A DNA stretch of 56,151 nucleotides from Octopus bimaculoides (taxonomy: Eukaryota). The notes beneath the pieces were generated by a model. That model saw only the letters and a list, made by a program, of their open reading frames with translations. It was not told the DNA's origin and did no database searches. The DNA lies in contig NC_068990.1 of NCBI RefSeq assembly GCF_001194135.2, positions 45,711,101-45,767,251 on the forward strand, written 5' to 3'. A program made the position numbers and the translations under genes. Shown here in pieces: positions 38,725-51,553 of the stretch. Each line of letters starts with the position of its first letter. The stretch's first letter is position 1.

Positions 38725-39280
38725 AAGTTAAAAGTTATGGCTGGTCATAGAGTAACCATTGGTTTTGTGCCTATAAAGTGCTTAGCAGTATAAGCCACTC
38801 GTCAGATTCAAATGGCTGAAGGTGCATAACCTCTCTAGAACTCAAGAGAGAAATACATAATGGTCAGTTAGTTCTGTAAACAAAAAATAAATGTCCATGC
38901 TTTAGGTGGGATGGGGTCATCCCTCTTACATCGGCTCTGGCTATGGTGATATTCAAAGGAGCTGTGGCAGGACTATTGAAAGAATGTGGAATTCCAAGTT
39001 TGAAGTAGAAAACATTTTAGATGGGGGCATTGACTGAATACTTCCTTCCTGGAGTTTAAAAATGTCCCCAAGTTGAGTGAGTTTTTTAGGATTCTTGTCC
39101 TCTCAGCCAAGCAAAGCTTACACCATTTACTCCCATTTATATAACCCCTAGGTTGTTCAAGGAGCTTCCATTTAATTACATATGGGATTCCTTCCTCTTG
39201 TAAGTGCCATATGTAGCTGGTTATGGACATGATGTTGTGAAACCAATAATCATTCTATGACCAGCCATAACTTTTAACTT
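38725..39280 (-). mobile_element. 5'-truncated Penelope-like element: GIY-YIG C-terminus plus tail, with inverted terminal segment
   Basis: YIWHLQEEGIPYVIKWKLLE...CKLCLAERTRIL...LNSRKEVFSQCPH is similar to the other two Penelope copies. 42-bp inverted repeat 38725-38766 / 39239-39280. Confidence 0.85.
38750..38809 (-). ncRNA. Type I hammerhead ribozyme motif, degenerate (G12->A)
   Basis: GAAU-CUGACGA-GUG(G)CUUAUA...UAUAGGCAC-AAAA-CC(AAU)GG-UU-ACUC. Confidence 0.68.
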
Positions 39281-39283
39281 CCT

Positions 39284-39337
<54 letters not shown>

Positions 39338-39544
39338 TACATAGATAGATAGATATAGCTATATACATACATATATATGCATATATACATACATATACAT
39401 ATATATNNNNNNNNNNNNNNNNNNNNNNNNNNNNNNNNNNNNNNNNNNNNNNNNNNNNNNNNNNNNNNNNNNNNNNNNNNNNNNNNNNNNNNNNNNNNNN
39501 NNNNNNNNNNNNNNNNNNNNNNNNNNNNNNNNNNNNNNNNNNTA

Positions 39545-39594
<50 letters not shown>

Positions 39595-41589
39595 ACTATA
39601 TATAGTCGTCTAAGTGTTTGACACATACACACATACATACATTATATTTATCAAAATAAAATATACGCTCATATAATTGTGTATTGAATTCTCCTTTGAT
39701 CCAGAGTCTTCCCACTGAGGTTATTTCCTTATATACACATTTATTCTCACACGAGACGTAAGCGCAATTCATAGTAATATGTACTTTTTCTTGAGCAGAG
39801 AGACATTTCATTTGGTAGATGGATTTACCATAGAAGCTCCCTCTTGCCCTCATACAGCCATAACAGGATTTAATTTGAATTCAGTGTTGCAAATCAATTA
39901 ATCGCTCATTACTATTACAGTAATCCTGTTATTGCTGCAATAATGCATAATGCATACCTCTCCATGATACCTATGAAAGGAACCATCAATGTGGAAAGCC
40001 AAATTGTCCCTTCTCTCCCTTCCCTTTCTTTCAATATGTATTATGCTAACTTCTTGGTAAGAGGACCAAGAGAATATGTCAGTATACACTCTCACTCACA
40101 GATAGACATACACAATTGATTTAATAATCTTTTCTACAAGGCCTGAAATTTTAGTGGGAGGGGGGGCTCATCAATTATGTTGACCCAAGTTCTCAGTTAA
40201 TACATATTTCATCAACCTTGAAAGGATAAAAGGTAAAGTCAATCTCGGTGGAATTTGAACTCTGCACATGAAGATGGACAAAATGCTGTTAAGCATTTTG
40301 CCTGGCATGTTAACAACACTGCCAGCTCACCGCCACAATTGATTTAGTAATCATCATCATTGTTTAATGTATGCTTTCCATGCTGGTATGGGTTGGACAG
40401 TTTAATATGTAGGCGGCCAGATGGGAGCTGTCTAGACTCTACTTGTTTGTTATGGCTGGATGCCCTTCCTAATGCCAACCACTTAACAGAGTGTGCTGGG
40501 TGCTTTTTACATGCCACTGGCATGGGTACATTTACACAGCACTGGCACAGGTGTTTTTTACATGGCACTGGCACCTGAAAGGACAAGCCTGTGTGTGTGG
40601 AAGACAGCGATTTTACTTAGCTTAACACATCTTCACAAATACAGCAAATTGCTACATCTCCCAGTCCCTTGTCATTTCCTCAGTGAGGCCCAGTGTCTGA
40701 AGATCCTTTCTCACTGCTTCATACCATGTCTTCCTAGTAATAATATATATATTTCCTATGTAATTAGAAATGCATGTTCACACACAGACACACCTATGAA
40801 TATGCATGTGCAGGACAGAGAAACGCATACACATATTTATTGTTAATCATATATATTGGATACAAATATGGTAGTCTGTTGAGACAAATGCAGAGATAAA
40901 TTAACACCCTGGCTGAATTGGATATACACACAAACATATACATACAAACACAGTTGCACATATTCATGTTTTGTTACATGGCTATATATATATATATATA
41001 TCTGTGTGTGTGTGTGTATATATATATTCATATATAAATGTGTATGTGTATATATATATATATTCATATATAAATGTATATATATATATATATATATATA
41101 TTCATATATAAATATATATAACAAGTATACATGTAGGTATGTGAGTGTGTGTGTCTTATCTTTGTATAGAAACTTACACACCTATTTACAAATTTCTTTA
41201 TAGAGTCACACACATATACATATCTGATGATACAATTGCCTTTACATACTGTCATCATACATAGTTAATGACAAACAAACTCTTGCTCTTTGTCTTATCT
41301 AAAATGTTTTCATATCAGTAATGCAATAATTTCTTCACAAATTGATCACTTTGACGGTTTTAATTACACAAACCAACTTAACAACACTCTATTTTGTTAT
41401 ATAAATACATGCATCCAATACATTCAGTAAAGTGGTTAGCAAATCAAGCAGAGAAAACAGAGTTTAAGAGGACTCTTTACACTTGTTGGGAGCAAGATAA
41501 CTACTGTAGCACTGGTGCTACAAAAACTGTGCACCCTACACTCTGTAAATTGTTTGGTGTTGTGAATGGCAGCTAACAATAGAAACTGC

Positions 41590-42790
41590 AGTCATGATGG
41601 GGCACGCAGATATGATAGACTGTACTTCCTTTCATACAGGCAAGGATTAAACACTTCACACCAGCTGTTCAGGTAAACATCCGGGCACTGGGTACCTTTT
41701 AAAATTGCCCTCTTCTCAACCAGGCATAATCTGCCCTTCCTGCTGCTATTGAAGTATGGTTTGCAGCTTTCTAGGACCTTCCACTTTATGCTGTACTCCG
41801 TGGTGCTTTCTTTCAAAGTCCAGATGTGCTTGGCTAAGGTTGTGGCATCACGTCTCTCTTAGAAGTCGAATGACGACTTGTGGTTATTAAAGTGGGTTCT
41901 GAAGGGGCCTTCCATTGCCCCCACATACTTCTGCATGCTTGGTTGTCCATTGAGTCCTGTTGCTGTTACTTCTGTTACTTCATAAACAACTGATTCTGTA
42001 TTGCAGTGGCCATTTAGTGGGCAAGTTGTGCTACCCCTGCATGAGTATCCTGCCTCAGCCTTGGGTCTGGGCCTACCTACTAAAATCTTTTTTACACCAG
42101 GTGCACAGCTAAAGAATAATCTCAGGGTATGTCTATTAAATATTTTGTTGAATCTATTGGTATGGGGGAAGTGTCTATCAACTAAACGAAGGAAGGTCTT
42201 GCCTACTCTGGTCTTAACATTTAAAGAGAATGACAGTGTGAACTACAGTACTTTCCAGTGGCGCTTTCTTCTCAGGGTCTGACATGTAACTATTATTATC
42301 TTTGAAACTGATGGCAGCCAGAGCCCAGTAGTAGTATGAGGTGGAAACATCAAAGATCTCTTTACTTGAAGACAAACTGGAGATTCTCCTGCTGATGCCC
42401 TTAACCAGGTTTCTGAACACTATGGCTGCATGGCAGGAACCTGTGTGACAACTTCTCATTTGTTTTCCTAAAGGGCTGATAGGCACCTGATTCCAGGTCC
42501 AGGAAATCTACCGTTTTCAGGTTGGCCTCTATAGTGACCTTCAGTCCAAGGGAGTTTGTGGCATTTGTGACATCCTTTCTGAGCCTATCTAGCATGTGCC
42601 TGTTAGCCCCTCTTGATATTGCCAGTGCATCTTCCCTGTAGAGGCCAAAGCCAGTTGAAGGGAATTTCTTTTTCAGTATATCTAGAATCATGGTAAAAGA
42701 AAAGATAATACCTATTTTTAGGCCCAAATGGAATGTGCTGTTTGTGGCATTGGACCAGGTCAATAAAAAGCTAGAAAGTCTAGCTATAAT
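41590..42790 (-). mobile_element. Penelope-like element fragment (RT C-terminal part plus GIY-YIG endonuclease), frameshifted
   Basis: GFGLYREDALAI (YRDD-type), NLKTVDFLDL, CPLNGHCNTESVVYEV...KYVG...FNNH, IWTLKE...YSIKWKVLE...CLVEKRAIL. Confidence 0.88.
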
Positions 42791-42821
42791 TGAAAAAGTC
42801 GATCATTCAGGTTGAGAAGGA

Positions 42822-43145
42822 TGGTTTATGTAAAAAATGAAAATAATGAACTAAGACTGTGTGTGGAACTTTTCAACTGGATTAAATGACTGTTTACTCA
42901 AACACAATTATCCATTACCAAGCCCAGAAGTGTTCTCAAAACCAAATGGAGGAAAAATTTTCTCAAAGTTAGACCTCTCAGAGGCCTATCTATAGATACA
43001 GGTAGAGGAAGATTGCACACACTTTTTAACAATCAATACACACTGTGGATGGTATAAATTCAAGTGACTTCCTTTTGGAGTAAAAGTGGCACCTGCCATA
43101 TTCCAACAAGTGATGGACACAATGTTAAATGATTGTGACTTCACC
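42822..43145 (+). mobile_element. Ty3/Gypsy reverse transcriptase fragment
   Basis: ELRLCV.FSTGLN...HNYPLPSPE.FSK.NGGKIFSKLDLSEAYL*IQV...TINTHCG.YKFK*LPFGVKVAPAIFQQVMDTML. Confidence 0.88.
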
Positions 43146-43154
43146 CATGCATAG

Positions 43155-43379
43155 CAGCCTCCCCTCTCCACACTATCAATTTTATCCTAAGGAAAGGCAA
43201 AGGCCAGTACAGTTTGGCACCAGTGATGTCACAACTCATATCTACAGCTGAGTGAACTGGAGCAACGTGAAAATAACGTGTCTTGCTCAAGAGCACAACA
43301 TACAGCCCGGTCAGGAAATCAAACTCACTACCTCATGATTGTGAGCACAACACTCTAACCACTGAGCTATGTGTCTTCA

Positions 43380-43380
<1 letters not shown>
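43155..43380 (-). mobile_element. tRNA-derived SINE (same family as 2727-2945)
   Basis: Minus strand has TAGCTCAGTGG (A box), GAGTTTGATTTCC (B-box-like) and the TTCACGTTGCTCCAGTTCACTCAGCTG core. Confidence 0.7.
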
Positions 43381-43421
<41 letters not shown>

Positions 43422-43669
43422 CATACATACACGTACATATATACAAATAAAATGGGTGGCTTATTAGCAATTTAACAGCCTAAAGGCAAATTTATAGACA
43501 TTACTAATGTGACAGAGGGTAATAAGTAGTACCAACATTGCTAGAAATAAGAATCAAAACAACTCAATAGCCACAGAAGCACTATCTTAATGACAGACAA
43601 AGGAGACAAGCTCCCTAGTGGACATAACTAGATCACTGGTGATTTCAAATTTTAATGCAGAGCATTCAT

Positions 43670-45371
43670 CATCATCATTATCATCATCATCATCATCATC
43701 GTTTAACGTCTATTTTCCATGCTGGCATGGGTTGGATGGTTTGACTGAGGTCTGCAAAGCCAGTGGCTGCACCAGGCTCTAATCTGATCTTGCAATGTTT
43801 CTACAGCTGGATGCCCTTCCTAACGCCAACCACTCCGAGAGTGTAGTGGGTGCTTTTTACGTGCCACCAGCAAAGGAGCCAGTCAGCGGGTACTGGCATC
43901 GGCCACATTCGGATAGCGCTTTTTATGTGCCACTGGCACAGGAGACAGTCAGGGGGCACTAGCATTGGCCATGTTTAGATGATGCTTTTTACATGCTACC
44001 AGCATGGCAGCCATTTAGGGGCACTGGCAACGACCATGTTTGGATGATGCATTTTACATGTCACCAGAATGGGAGCCAGTTATGGGGCACTGGCCATAGC
44101 TACGATTTTGGTTTTACTTGACTCAACAGTTCTTCTCAAGTACATCATATCGCCTGATGCATCAGAGGTACTTTTAAATGGGCCAGACACTGGCATCGGC
44201 CATAGCGCCGATCTCACTTTAATTGCTAGGTCTGCTCAATCACAGCATATCTCCAAAGGTCTCAGTCACCTGTTATTACCACTGTGAGGCCCAATGTTTG
44301 AAGGTCATGCTTCACCACCTCATCCCACGTCTTCCTGGGTCTACCTCTTCCACTGGTTCCTTCCAAAATTAGGGTGTGGCACTTCCTCACACAGCTGTCC
44401 TCATCCATATGTAACACATGATCATACCAGGTGCAGTTGTCTCCCTTGCACACCACATTTGATGCTTCTTGTCTCCAACTTTTTTCTCAGGGCACTTACA
44501 CTCTGTCGTGTATGCACAGTGACATTACACATCCAGCAGATCATACTTGCTTCATTTTTTTCAAGCCTATGCATGTCCTCAGCAGTCATGGCTCGTTTCG
44601 CTGTTGTGTAGCATGGTAGATTGCACACATGTATTAAACAGTCTACCTTTCATCCTGAGCAAGAGACCCTTTGTCACCAGCAGAGGTAGGAGCTCTCCGT
44701 ACTTTGCCCAGGCTATTCTTATTCTAGCCGCTACACTCTCAGAGCAATCACCCTCATTACAGACTTGGTTGCCTAGGTAGTGAAGCTATCAACTACTTCT
44801 AGTTTTTCCCCCTGGCATGTGATGGAATCTGTTTTCTGTACATCTTCAGTGTTTATTGCCCCTGTGCATCTGTCACACACAAAAACTATCTTCCCGGTTA
44901 ACCTTCCTTTGATATTGCTGCACCTTTTATGTGTCCATAGCTTACACTGGGTACATTGCATGGAGTTTCTACCCACGCATTTTGTACAGATTGAGCAGGG
45001 CCATCTACCTGAAGGGATTTGTGATTTGTCAGCCTTCCTACTTACTAAGACTTTGGTTTTTGCTCGGCTAACCCTAAGGCCCTTCGACTCTAGACCTTGC
45101 TTCCACACCCTAAACTTCATCTCTAGCTTTGGCAGTGACTCGGCTATTTGAGCATGGTCATCAGCATAGAGGTGCTCTCAGGGGCAACCTGTCTTGGATT
45201 GCTCTATTATTGCCTGGAGGACTATGATGAATAAGAGGGGCTGAGGACTGATCCTTGGTAAACCCTACTTCTACCCAGAATTCTTCACTATACTTGTGCC
45301 AGCCTTCACCTTACTGACAGCATCCCTGTACAAGGCTTATACAACTCTTACCAACCACTCGTCTATCCCCA
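43670..45371 (-). mobile_element. 5'-truncated RTE LINE, same family as 24543-26662
   Basis: KGLESKGLRV, SGRWPCSIC, RNSMQCTQCKLWTHKRCSNIKGRL. 3' UTR repeats and (GAT)n tail at ~43670-43700. Confidence 0.9.
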
Positions 45372-45385
45372 TTATATACATATAT

Positions 45386-45424
<39 letters not shown>

Positions 45425-47364
45425 NNNNNNNNNNNNNNNNNNNNNNNNNNNNNNNNNNNNNNNNNNNNNNNNNNNNNNNNNNNNNNNNNNNNNNNNNNNN
45501 NNNNNNNNNNNNNNNNNNNNNNNNNNNNNNNNNNNNNNNNNNNNNNNNNNNNNNNNNNNNNNNNNNNNNNNNNNNNNNNNNNNNNNNNNNNNNNNNNNNN
45601 NNNNNNNNNNNNNNNNNNNNNNNNNNNNNNNNNNNNNNNNNNNNNNNNNNNNNNNNNNNNNNNNNNNNNNNNNNNNNNNNNNNNNNNNNNNNNNNNNNNN
45701 NNNNNNNNNNNNNNNNNNNNNNNNNNNNNNNNNNNNNNNNNNNNNNNNNNNNNNNNNNNNNNNNNNNNNNNNNNNNNNNNNNNNNNNNNNNNNNNNNNNN
45801 NNNNNNNNNNNNNNNNNNNNNNNNNNNNNNNNNNNNNNNNNNNNNNNNNNNNNNNNNNNNNNNNNNNNNNNNNNNNNNNNNNNNNNNNNNNNNNNNNNNN
45901 NNNNNNNNNNNNNNNNNNNNNNNNNNNNNNNNNNNNNNNNNNNNNNNNNNNNNNNNNNNNNNNNNNTATATATATAGATGTGTGTATTTTTCCCTTGTTA
46001 ACAATTAACACAGAAAAAATAGATAACTAGTTACCAGGGTAGCAAAAAATCACACAAGTAAAAAGGTTGTAACTCCTTGTTTTTAAAGGTAGAAACTCTG
46101 GGTTTACACGAAATATTTTGTATAATATATATAAATAAATAAATGGAGTTAAACGCAAGTGTTATTCAAATTCTTTTACTTCTGACACATGTTTCGAAGA
46201 TATCACTGGTATTATTCCAAAGGAATAACTAACCATTACACACATTTTTTTTCTCTCCTTGTTTCTTTCTGTGTTCTTTTTTGTGGAAGAGCGTAGGCTC
46301 GAAATGTTAAAGACTTTTTCAATTCCCAAGCGTTATACTAATACATCTGTTTGTTTTCTACACCACCTGTCTTCGTCTATTGTTTTTTTTTGTGAATTCT
46401 CACCATATATATATGTATGTATGTATGTATACAGTATATACAACAAGCTTCTTTCAGTTTCTGTCTACCAAATCAACTCACAACGCTTTGGTTGGTCCAA
46501 GGTTATAGTAGAAGACACTTGCTCTAGGTGTCACGCAGTGGAACTGAACCCAGAACCATGTGGTTAGGAAGTAAGCTTATTACCACACGGCCAGTTTATA
46601 TCTTTGCTCATATTGCATGCCTTTTTACTTTGTGCTTCCATTGTTCATGCATGCACACATCTGCTTCTTTTTTAATGGACACATGCTGATTTTTACACAT
46701 GCACCAGTACAAAAACTATGTTTCCATTGCTTATCACATGCTTTTTTTTAATGCATTTTATCTGTATATTTCATACACATTCACTTACAGATGCAATGGC
46801 AACTGAATTTTTCATTTCATTTTGTTGACAATAATTTTTTCCTTGCAAACTCATGTAGATCCTTATAACTTATACACACTTATAACTTTGCAATGAAGTT
46901 ATGTCCAAGTTTAATACCTCATACCCTGCAGACCTATTTGCAACCAGCATTTGGTTTTTGTGAGTGCACTTTTTCACAGTGTTCTATTTTGTCCTGATAT
47001 TTTCACACCAGCTCACAATTGTGGTTAGGGTGTTGCAGACTGAGGGTTTGATTCCTGTACCGGGTGGCATGTTGTGTTCATGAGTAACACACTTCATTTC
47101 ACATAGCTCTAATACTTCTGTGATGATCAGCATACCACAAAACAGACTTAAACTTTCTTCTGCATGTTGTAAAAGGCGACTAAAAGAGGTTGAGGTAGGA
47201 TTTGTACTCAGACCTTGAAAATCCCTCACCAGCAATGACTACCCAAAGCAAACCCAAGGCTTGGAAGGTTATTGTCTGAGTGGTGCAAAAGTGTCATCCG
47301 CCAGGAGTAAGGGAATCACCAACAAATGGTGGATGCAGCGACATGCTGTTACAGCACGTTCCCA

Positions 47365-47469
<105 letters not shown>

Positions 47470-47820
47470 ATAATGCACTCACATCACACATTGTTCTGCT
47501 TTTGTTTATGTTTACCCATTCTTCAGCTGATTGTTTTTTTCCAGACTCTCAGCTTTCTGCATTGTTTTTTTTTTGTAGTGGGAGTTTAAACATTGTTGAA
47601 GCATACATTCCATGCTACACATGCACCTTGTCACTTGTATCTTCAGTGATATTTTTCAGACCTGTGTCCACAATAAGTTCTCATTTGTGCCGTTGCAAAT
47701 GACATTTTGCACAAGCGTCTTCTGCTATAGACTCTTGCTGACCAAGGCCTTTTAAGTGGATTTGGATGAGGGAAACTGAAAGAAGCCTGTCATATGTATA
47801 CATATATGTGTGCATGCATT

Positions 47821-47851
<31 letters not shown>

Positions 47852-48164
47852 GCGTGTGTGTATGTATGTATGTATTATATATATGTCTTTGAGTGTGTGT
47901 ATATAATCATGTGTGCATGTGTGTGTGTATGTATGTGTGTGTGCATTACTGTCCCCTTTCCTGATATCATGTGATCACTGTAAGGGTGTGTCACTGGTAT
48001 GTTCCTCATTTCCAATCCTCCCTGAAGACATGTCTGATCATGGGGAAATATTGCCTTACTTGGGAACAGGCAAGGATTAGCAACAGGAAGGACATCTGTC
48101 CATAGAAAATCCACTTTGAAAGATTCCATCTGACCCATGTGAGCATGGAAAAGTGGAAGTTAAG

Positions 48165-48237
48165 CAATGATGATGATGATGATGATGATGATGACGATGA
48201 CAACGACGACAACGGTGACGACGACAACGACGATGAC
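48165..48237. repeat. (GAT)n/(GAC)n microsatellite, the tail of an RTE-type 3' end
   Basis: Directly visible, and follows gagcatggaaaagtggaagttaa. Confidence 0.9.
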
Positions 48238-49679
48238 ATAGTATTTTTTAGAAATAGAAATAACAGTTTCAAATTTTTCATTTTACAATTCAGGTCAGTT
48301 AAAGCAGAAATATTGAATAAATTTATCATTTTCTTTCATTAACATTGTAGTGGCTTTTATCTCACACTTGGATTTGATACATTGAGAACCATTGATGTGG
48401 ATGAGGTCTCTACGTGGTGGTTGGCCTGGCTGGATATGGCAGTCAAATATCTTTCAAATTACACTTTTATTGTCTTATAAAAGAACTGGGATGATATGGT
48501 TCCAGATGCATTGGAAATTGTAATTGTAAAGGTACGAATGGTCATGATTGTTATGGTTTTAATCATAGACCTGTGAAATTGGGGACAACCTGTGGTTAAA
48601 CAACTACAATAACCATAACATATACAATGTACTAAAACAAATAAATCAAGAGGATGACTAAATGTCTGATAACGTTACCAAAGTGTCATGGTTTCCACTT
48701 AAGTAAAAAGAAAAAGAAACAAGACCCTTATTCACAAGAATCTACTTCCTGCCGTCACGATGACTGCTGCTTCATCATAGCCACAACTGGACCACAAACC
48801 ATCAGCATTACATTTTATTTGTATATCATCATCATCATATCTTTACCATTTAAATTCTGTTTTCTATGCTGGCATGAGTTGGACAGTTAGATAAAAGTTG
48901 GCAAACCAGAGGACTGTGCCAAGCTGTACTGTCTCCTTTGACATTGTTTCTTCAGCTGGATGCCCTTCCTGATGCCAACCATTTTACAGAGTGTTCTCGG
49001 TGCTTTTTACATGGCACAAACATCAACAAGTCCACCAAATAATTTCCAAGACAAGATCCTTTAACTGAAGGTACAGTATTGAGGAAAGTATCTTTATATA
49101 TTTATTTTTTCTTAGAAGTACTTCTTTGTAATTTCTGAAAGCATTGTTTTACGCATTCTAGAACATTAGTTTCTATTTCCCTTTGAAGAAGAAGGGCTGA
49201 GACAGGCAAAATATCTATTTTAGTTTCAATTATTATTTTGTATCAGATTTTTCCCTTTTTTCTTAAATAAACCAAACAATAGTGGTAATATGACAGAAGT
49301 GTTGGATAAATAGTGCCTTGTGGTAATTATTCCAGTGCTTTATGTTTAGAGTTCAAATCCTACCAAAGTCAACTTTGTCTTTTGTCTCTTCAATACAATA
49401 TATAAAGTATCAAAGGCGGCAAGTTGGCAGAAATGTTAGCATGGCTGGCGAAATACTTACTGGTATTTCATCTGTTTTTACATTCTGAGTTCAAATTCTG
49501 CTGAGGTTGACATTACCTTTCATCCTTTCGGGGGTCAATAAATTAAGTACCAGTTGCATACTGGGATCGATCTAATCAACTGGCTCCCTTCCCCAAAACT
49601 TCGAGCCTGGTGCCTAGAGTAGAAAAGAATATATAAAGTATCAGTCACTTAGTAAGGCTAGCTTTCTCTCTCTCTTTGT

Positions 49680-49732
<53 letters not shown>

Positions 49733-50495
49733 TATTGATTACATTGTACTAGGCACCAGCCATGGTGCCTCTTTCCTTTCACCAAATGAAGGGGAATTGA
49801 GCAAGAGGTTAACAATTTCTCCTCACCTGAAATACTAAAAAAACTCTTTGAAGAAAACAATAGAACATGGTGGGCATGAATGGACCAATGCACCACACAG
49901 CACAGAATGATTTAAGAATAATAATATGCAGAAGGTACTGGCATGGTTGAGTAGTTAAGTAGCTTACTTTGTAACCATGTTGCATTAGGCTCAATCTCAC
50001 TGCATGGCATCTTGGACAAATGTCTTCTACTATAGCTCTGGGTCAACCAAAACCTTGTGAGTGAATTTAATAGATAGAAACTCTGTGGAAGCTTGTTTTA
50101 TCACAAACATTTTAACTAACTTAAAGTTCACTTAGGCGTAATCACTGCTTGGTGCTGATACTACTGTAATTTCTCCAACCTGGCAGTCTAATGGTGCAAC
50201 TCAGTCAATGTTGTTGACTGTGTTTTAGTTAAAGCTATAACTTTAATTAAGCCTGTCTAGACTTGTGTCTTTTGGTATTTCCCATTGATAATGGCTAAAC
50301 AGCTGGAAGTCCAACAGGGGGCAGCACTGGACAAATGTGGTGCTTTTACATCTTTAAACCATAAGAGAAAATTTTTTCTCCATGGTAACTGCAGTGACTT
50401 TGCCTTTTGAAGATGAAATATGTCACAAACATTTTTTAATTAATCTAAAGTTCATTTATGCCTAACACTACTAGGTACTGATACTGCTGTAATGT

Positions 50496-50529
<34 letters not shown>

Positions 50530-50530
50530 T

Positions 50531-51546
50531 TGCCAGTGCCCCTGGACTGGCCCTTGTGCGGGTGGCACATAAAATACACCATTTTGAGTGCCAGTACCGC
50601 CTGACTGGCCTTCGTGCTGGTGGCATGTAAAAGCACCCACTACACTCTTGGAGTGGTTGGCATTAGGAAGGGCATCCAGCTGTAGAAACTCTGCCAAATC
50701 AGATTGGAGCCTGGTGTAGCCATCTGGTGTAGCCATCTGGTGTAGCCAGTCCTCAGTCAAATCGTCCAACTCATGCTAGCATGGAAAGCGGATGTTAAAC
50801 GATGATGATGATGNNNNNNNNNNNNNNNNNNNNNNNNNNNNNNNNNNNNNNNNNNNNNNNNNNNNNNNNNNNNNNNNNNNNNNNNNNNNNNNNNNNNNNN
50901 NNNNNNNNNNNNNNNNNNNNNNNNNNNNNNNNNNNNNNNNNNNNNNNNNNNNNNNNNNNNNNNNNNNNNNNNNNNNNNNNNNNNNNATATATATATATAT
51001 ATATAATAACAGGAGACCAAGACCTTTGGATGTATGCAGTAATTGAGAAGACCTGGCAACTAAAGTGGGATCACAGCCATGGCTGATGTCAGTGTTGCAT
51101 GTCTGGCCCATTTAAAAGTACACTTGATGCGTTGGGTGATATGATATGCTTGAGAAGACCTGTTGTGTCAAGTAGAACCAAAATCGTAGCTGTGGCTAGT
51201 GCCCCCTGACTGGCACCCATGCTGGTGGCATGTAAAAAACATCATCTGAATGTGGTCAATGCCAGATCTGCCTGACTAGCTTTTGTGCTGGTGGCATGTA
51301 AAAAGTACTATCTCAATGTGATTGATGCCAGGGCTGTCTGTCTGGCTCCTGTGCTGATGGCACATAAAAAGCACCCATTACACTCTCAGAGTGGTTGGCA
51401 TTAGAAAGGGCATCCAGCTATAGAAACATTGCAAGATCAGATTGGAGCCTGGTGCAGCCACTGGCTTTCCAAACCTCAGTCAAACCGCCCAACCCATGCC
51501 AGCATGGAAAATAGACATTAAACGATGATGATGATGATGATGATGA
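50531..51546 (+). mobile_element. Two RTE 3'-end copies (~50531-50813 and ~51010-51546) separated by a gap
   Basis: Reverse complement of the 22437 / 43670 tails, with (GAT)n ends. A local triple 13-bp duplication ctggtgtagccat lies at 50711-50748. Confidence 0.8.
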
Positions 51547-51553
51547 TATATAC

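Noticed and set aside
39660-40100. Possible decayed Penelope RT on the plus strand (SLPTEV..., MDLP*KLPLA)
   Set aside because: The similarity is too weak to call without a profile search.
41221-41350. ctgatga on plus and GTGAAGA...GAAA on minus near the 3' side of the 41.6-42.8-kb Penelope
   Set aside because: No convincing stems I-III; it does not meet the standard of the three reported motifs.
46170-46330. Half-hammerhead-like motifs (gaagagcgtaggctcgaaatgtta on plus; GAAACATGTGTC on minus)
   Set aside because: No proper CUGANGA in register with a stem I, so I could not build the fold. It may be a decayed Penelope-type end and could be included in an Infernal scan.
49170-49225. ttgaagaagaagggctgagacaggcaaaatatc, a hammerhead-like remnant
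   Set aside because: Both cores are altered and stem I is absent.
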